NCBI GenBank assembly: GCA_963764725.1 | Contig: CAVXTM010000013.1 | Span: forward strand, 1-64,000 | DNA from: an uncultured Gammaproteobacteria bacterium | Lineage (GTDB): Bacteria; Pseudomonadota; Gammaproteobacteria; JACCXJ01 | Direction of reading: 5' to 3' | DNA length: 64,000 nucleotides | Shown here: positions 59,580-64,000 of the stretch, piece after piece | Position numbering within the stretch: the stretch's first letter is position 1 | How the letters are laid out: the number at the start of each line of letters is the position of its first letter | Translations under genes and position numbers: made by a program | The notes under the pieces: generated by a model | What the model was told of the DNA's origin: nothing | Databases searched by the model: none | The model's input: only the letters and a program-made list of their open reading frames with translations

Positions 59580-61891
59580 CAGAACAATCCTCGCGGGGCC
59601 GGCGCATAACCGCTCTGTTCGTGCCAATCGCAGGGTGTCTGCCTGGAAGGAATAAACGGCGTGATGAAGGGATAGCGCCGGGATCCGGGGCAGGACGGAG
59701 TGGTGCGCGCCATCCCCAGGGTGTCCACCCACTGCCACTCCACGCCACGCGGTGCTGCCAGATCGAGCGGGGCCGGAGGGTGTTCCTTCATCAGCTCGTA
59801 CCATACTCGCATGGCACCCGACGCGCCCGTCAATCCGATCGGCCGATTGTCATCGGCTCCCAGCCAAACCGCGGCCAGCACATCCGATCCGAAGCCGACG
59901 AACCAGCTATCTCTTAAGCCGTCGGTGGTGCCGGTCTTACCCGCGAGCGGCATAGCCTGCGGCAGCTTGGCGCCGAGTGAGGACGCGGTACCTGAACGCA
60001 CGACTTGTGCGAGGGCGTAGTTGATTAAATACGCGGGCGCCGCCGGGAACACTTGCTTCACCGTCAATCCATAGCGTTGCAGAGGCTGCCCGTCCTTGGT
60101 AAGAACGTCGCGGATGGCGCGCAAGGCGCTGTAGAACCCGCCGCTCGAGAGAGTCTGATACATCTGCGCTACTTCGAGAGGCGACATTTCGATCGCGCCA
60201 AGAAAGGTGGACGGATAAGGCGGCACCTCCCCGCTCACGCCTAGTCGAGCCAAGGTCCGCCGGAGTTTGTCGATGCCGAGATCGATCCCCAAGCGCACCG
60301 TGGCAACGTTGTTGGACTCCGCTAAGGCCAGCATCAAAGGCATATGGCCCCGATAGCGCTTGTCGTAGTTTTGCGGGGTCCACGGGGCGCGGCTACGCTC
60401 GCGCAGCACAATGGGGCTGTCGTACAAAGGCGTGATCAGATTATAGCGGGAGGGTTGTGAGAGCGCGGCGAGATACACGGCCGGTTTCACCAAGGAACCC
60501 ACCGGGCGCTTGGCGTCGAGCGCGCGGTTAAATCCCGCATAGTGCGGATCGCGGCCTCCGGCCAGCGCCAGCACTTCGCCCGTGTCGCTGGCTGCGGCGA
60601 CCACCGCTCCCTGCAGACGCCCCGCCGGCATTCGCTTTTGCTTCTCAAGGTCGCTAAGACTTGCGCGTAAGGCCTGCTCGGCTCGCCGTTGGATTTGAGG
60701 ATCGAGGGTAGTGAAGATCTGTAAGCCCTCGTTGCGCAGATCGTCCTCACCATAAATGGTGCCGAGCTGGCGGCGCACCAGATCGACAAACGCGGGATGA
60801 TTGGACGTGGCCGATCGATTTTTCTTACTCAGGGTAAGAGGCAGTTTCATCAATGCACCACCCACCTCGGGGGAAAGCACACCGCGATTGATCATGAGCG
60901 CCAGGACCTGATTCCTCCGCTCAAGCGCGCGTTTCGGGTGGCGCCGCGGATCGTAATAGGAAGCGCCGCGAACCAACCCAACGAGCAACGCCAGCTCATG
61001 CACTTCGAGCTCACGCAACGGACGGCCGAAATAGAAACGCGCGCCGAGGCCGAAGCCGTGGATCGCCCTAAAACCGTCTTGACCGAGGAAGATTTCGTTG
61101 ATATAGGCTTCGAGGATCTCAGCCTTGCTGTAATGCCATTCCAAGAGAACCGCCATTACCGCCTCGTTGATCTTGCGCCAGAGAGTACGCTCCGAGCTCA
61201 AAAACAGGTTTTTAACCAGTTGCTGCGTTAAGGTGCTACCCCCCTGCCGCACTTCACCCGCGCGCAAATTCTCGATGAAAGCACGTCCAATGGCGAGCGG
61301 GTCGATTCCGAAGTGATGCGGGTAGGCTTTGTCCTCGGCCGCGATCAAGCCCTGGACTAGCATAGACGGCACGTCGTCAATCTTGGCGAGAATACGATCT
61401 TCATTATGGTGAGGGTAAATCCTCGCGATTTCCAAAGGCTCCAAGCGCATGAGCGCCACCTGCGTCCGGCTGCGTCTATCGATGATCGCCTGCACCCGTC
61501 CCCGGTGCAGCCGGATCTCTACCACACGCGAGGATTCCTCACCATCCCAAAACCGGTAGCCGTGCGAGAAAAGCCGCACGGCGTTTGACGTTTGTTGATA
61601 TTGGCCCGGTCTCCGGATGAGGGGCGCCTCTTGATAGCCCAAGGCCCCGAGCTCGCCGATGATTTCTGCTCTATCCAGGGGACGCCCCGGGTACAGTTCG
61701 AATGGACGCGCGTAGACGCGCGCCGGCAGCGACCAGCGGTGCCCATCGAATTGCACGCGGAGCCGGTGATCAACCCACGATACCCAGGCGCAAGATATCA
61801 CCAGACAGACCAAACCGAGCCGGAACCAGCAAGCGCGCAGCCGCCGATACAGAGATCGCGACCCTTCTCCCTTGTGCTTGCGACGCGGCAC
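59579..61891 (-). CDS. mrcB: Penicillin-binding protein 1B
   Basis: UB2H region, EDK..HFGID, QGGSTLTQQLVKN, GSLVKP, SNN, GKTGT. Confidence 0.95.
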   Translation of the reverse strand: MPRRKHKGEGSRSLYRRLRACWFRLGLVCLVISCAWVSWVDHRLRVQFDGHRWSLPARVYARPFELYPGRPLDRAEIIGELGALGYQEAPLIRRPGQYQQTSNAVRLFSHGYRFWDGEESSRVVEIRLHRGRVQAIIDRRSRTQVALMRLEPLEIARIYPHHNEDRILAKIDDVPSMLVQGLIAAEDKAYPHHFGIDPLAIGRAFIENLRAGEVRQGGSTLTQQLVKNLFLSSERTLWRKINEAVMAVLLEWHYSKAEILEAYINEIFLGQDGFRAIHGFGLGARFYFGRPLRELEVHELALLVGLVRGASYYDPRRHPKRALERRNQVLALMINRGVLSPEVGGALMKLPLTLSKKNRSATSNHPAFVDLVRRQLGTIYGEDDLRNEGLQIFTTLDPQIQRRAEQALRASLSDLEKQKRMPAGRLQGAVVAAASDTGEVLALAGGRDPHYAGFNRALDAKRPVGSLVKPAVYLAALSQPSRYNLITPLYDSPIVLRERSRAPWTPQNYDKRYRGHMPLMLALAESNNVATVRLGIDLGIDKLRRTLARLGVSGEVPPYPSTFLGAIEMSPLEVAQMYQTLSSGGFYSALRAIRDVLTKDGQPLQRYGLTVKQVFPAAPAYLINYALAQVVRSGTASSLGAKLPQAMPLAGKTGTTDGLRDSWFVGFGSDVLAAVWLGADDNRPIGLTGASGAMRVWYELMKEHPPAPLDLAAPRGVEWQWVDTLGMARTTPSCPGSRRYPFITPFIPSRQTPCDWHEQSGYAPAPRGLF

Positions 61892-62284
61892 GGAAGCAAC
61901 TACCGATAGACTTGCGGTCCGCGGATCACGCGCCTAGTGAGATGTTAGAAGATCGGGGGCCGGGGTGAGTGTCGGTAAGAACCTTGCTCCAGAAGCATCC
62001 GCTTCGGAGTCGGAAAATAAAGAGGCGCAGTTGTTCACGACGCCTCTAAACGTGATTACAGTTCGCGCTAACGCTCTAGCTACCTAATCGAAACCCGCGC
62101 GTTCGTAGCTGTTACACATTTACGATTATCGAGCCTGCAGTGGCGTACCTCTCCCAAAATACGCCCTCTTATGCGGCGCTTACGCCCTGCATATCGGCCC
62201 AGCGCGATCTGCACGTCTAAAGCCCGCGCCGGCTAAAGCTGAATGCCGGCGCGTAGAGTCACGCCGATGCGCGCGGGTATTACG

Positions 62285-62422
62285 CTACTTCTTCTTCGCG
62301 GGCGCTTTCTTTGCCGGCGCTTTTTTGCTGGCCATGGGCTTCTTAGCCGCAGACGCCTTCGACGGAGCCGCCTTTTTCTTCATCACTGGTTTTTTAGCAA
62401 GTGCCTTCTTTGTTGCTGCCAT
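62285..62422 (-). CDS. 45-aa Lys/Ala/Pro-rich histone H1-like peptide
   Basis: MAATKKALAKKPVMKKKAAPSKASAAKKPMASKKAPAKKAPAKKK*; GGGGA upstream. Confidence 0.75.
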   Translation of the reverse strand: MAATKKALAKKPVMKKKAAPSKASAAKKPMASKKAPAKKAPAKKK

Positions 62423-62611
62423 AAGTTCATCCCCATGTGATAGTTGACGAATAATCTTGATAACGAACTCAAGACTACGACGCTATATACATCACAATTT
62501 TGCACTATGCAATAGTTTTGTCATCATCGAATAAAAAGTATTCGTGGACTAAGTGCGGTCGCTATGCATAGATCCAGTAAACGTGCAAACTTTTTCTTGG
62601 CGGGATCGGTG

Positions 62612-63442
<831 letters not shown>

Positions 63443-63550
63443 CTAGCGGCCAAGGCGGAACCCCCGGCTCCGCCCACATGCCTTTGTAAGGATGCGCAAG
63501 CCTTCGCGAGGGCAACAACGAAAGCCTTACTAGAAAGTTCAGGATACACC

Positions 63551-64000
63551 ATGAGGATAAGACATTTAGCGACGTTGGCCTGTATTTGTGTCGTGTCATC
63601 GAACGTGTCCGCCGAAGAAGCGGTAAAACTCGATACAGATCGCAAAAAGTTGAGTTACGCCATTGGAGTACAAGTGGCTCAGAGTCTCGCCCGTCAGGAA
63701 GTTCGACCTCGACCCGCGCGCGTTTTCGCTGGCGGTCGAGGATATGATTGCCGGCCGCGAACCGCGGATCCCGCGCGAGGAATTCCAGGCCCTGCTGGAA
63801 AAACAACGGGCCACCATGCTGAAAGCACAGCAAGAAAAATCCAATAAGAACTTGGAAGCGAGTAAGGCGTTTCTAACGGAGAATCGCAAGAAGGAAGGCG
63901 TCAAGGAGTTACCCAGCGGTTTGCAATACCGGGTCGTTAAGGACGGCTCCGGGGCCCAGCCCAAATCCACCGATACGGTATCGGTACACTACCGCGGTAC
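63551..64000 (+). CDS. FKBP-type PPIase (FkpA/Mip-like), frameshift near 63700, runs off the window
   Basis: Signal peptide, KLSYAIG; later frame FLTENRKKEGVKELPSGLQYRVVKDGSG..PKSTDTVSVHYRG. Confidence 0.85.

Noticed and set aside
61900-62280. Long intergenic region upstream of mrcB as an ncRNA
   Set aside because: Only a terminator-like hairpin is visible; no RNA family motif that I can recognise

Overview
GC-rich gammaproteobacterial chromosome segment. Positions 1-31.8 kb and 54.6-64 kb are mostly housekeeping genes: tRNA-Arg end, cytochrome c5, uvrD, pilT/pilU/pilU, yggS-proC-yggT-yggU, xth, argB-algC-dut-coaBC, radC-rpmB-rpmG, a desaturase, a hemC/hemD remnant with hemX-hemY, feoAAB, prkB, msbA, a rimK cluster, a macrodomain gene, a MacAB-like ABC exporter, mrcB, adk and an FKBP. 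Several carry single-base frameshifts that may be long-read errors. Positions about 31.8-54.5 kb hold a decaying chromosomal integron: a catalytically deleted intI (52849-53703, +) with a LexA-boxed promoter, and about 20 minus-strand cassettes separated by attC sites (TIR-domain genes, toxin-antitoxin pairs, SMR pump, ecotin, hydrolases). The array is heavily parasitised at the attC/attI GTT cores by group IIC introns, by tyrosine-recombinase + IS91-type Y2-transposase elements ending in attC-like hairpins, and by a 1.6-kb single-gene element flanked by a GTTAG direct repeat whose protein has a Rep_trans-like YDK..RxE motif plus a winged helix. That last element is the best candidate for an uncharacterised mobile system. 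All calls are from reading the sequence and from recalled family motifs; no searches were run.
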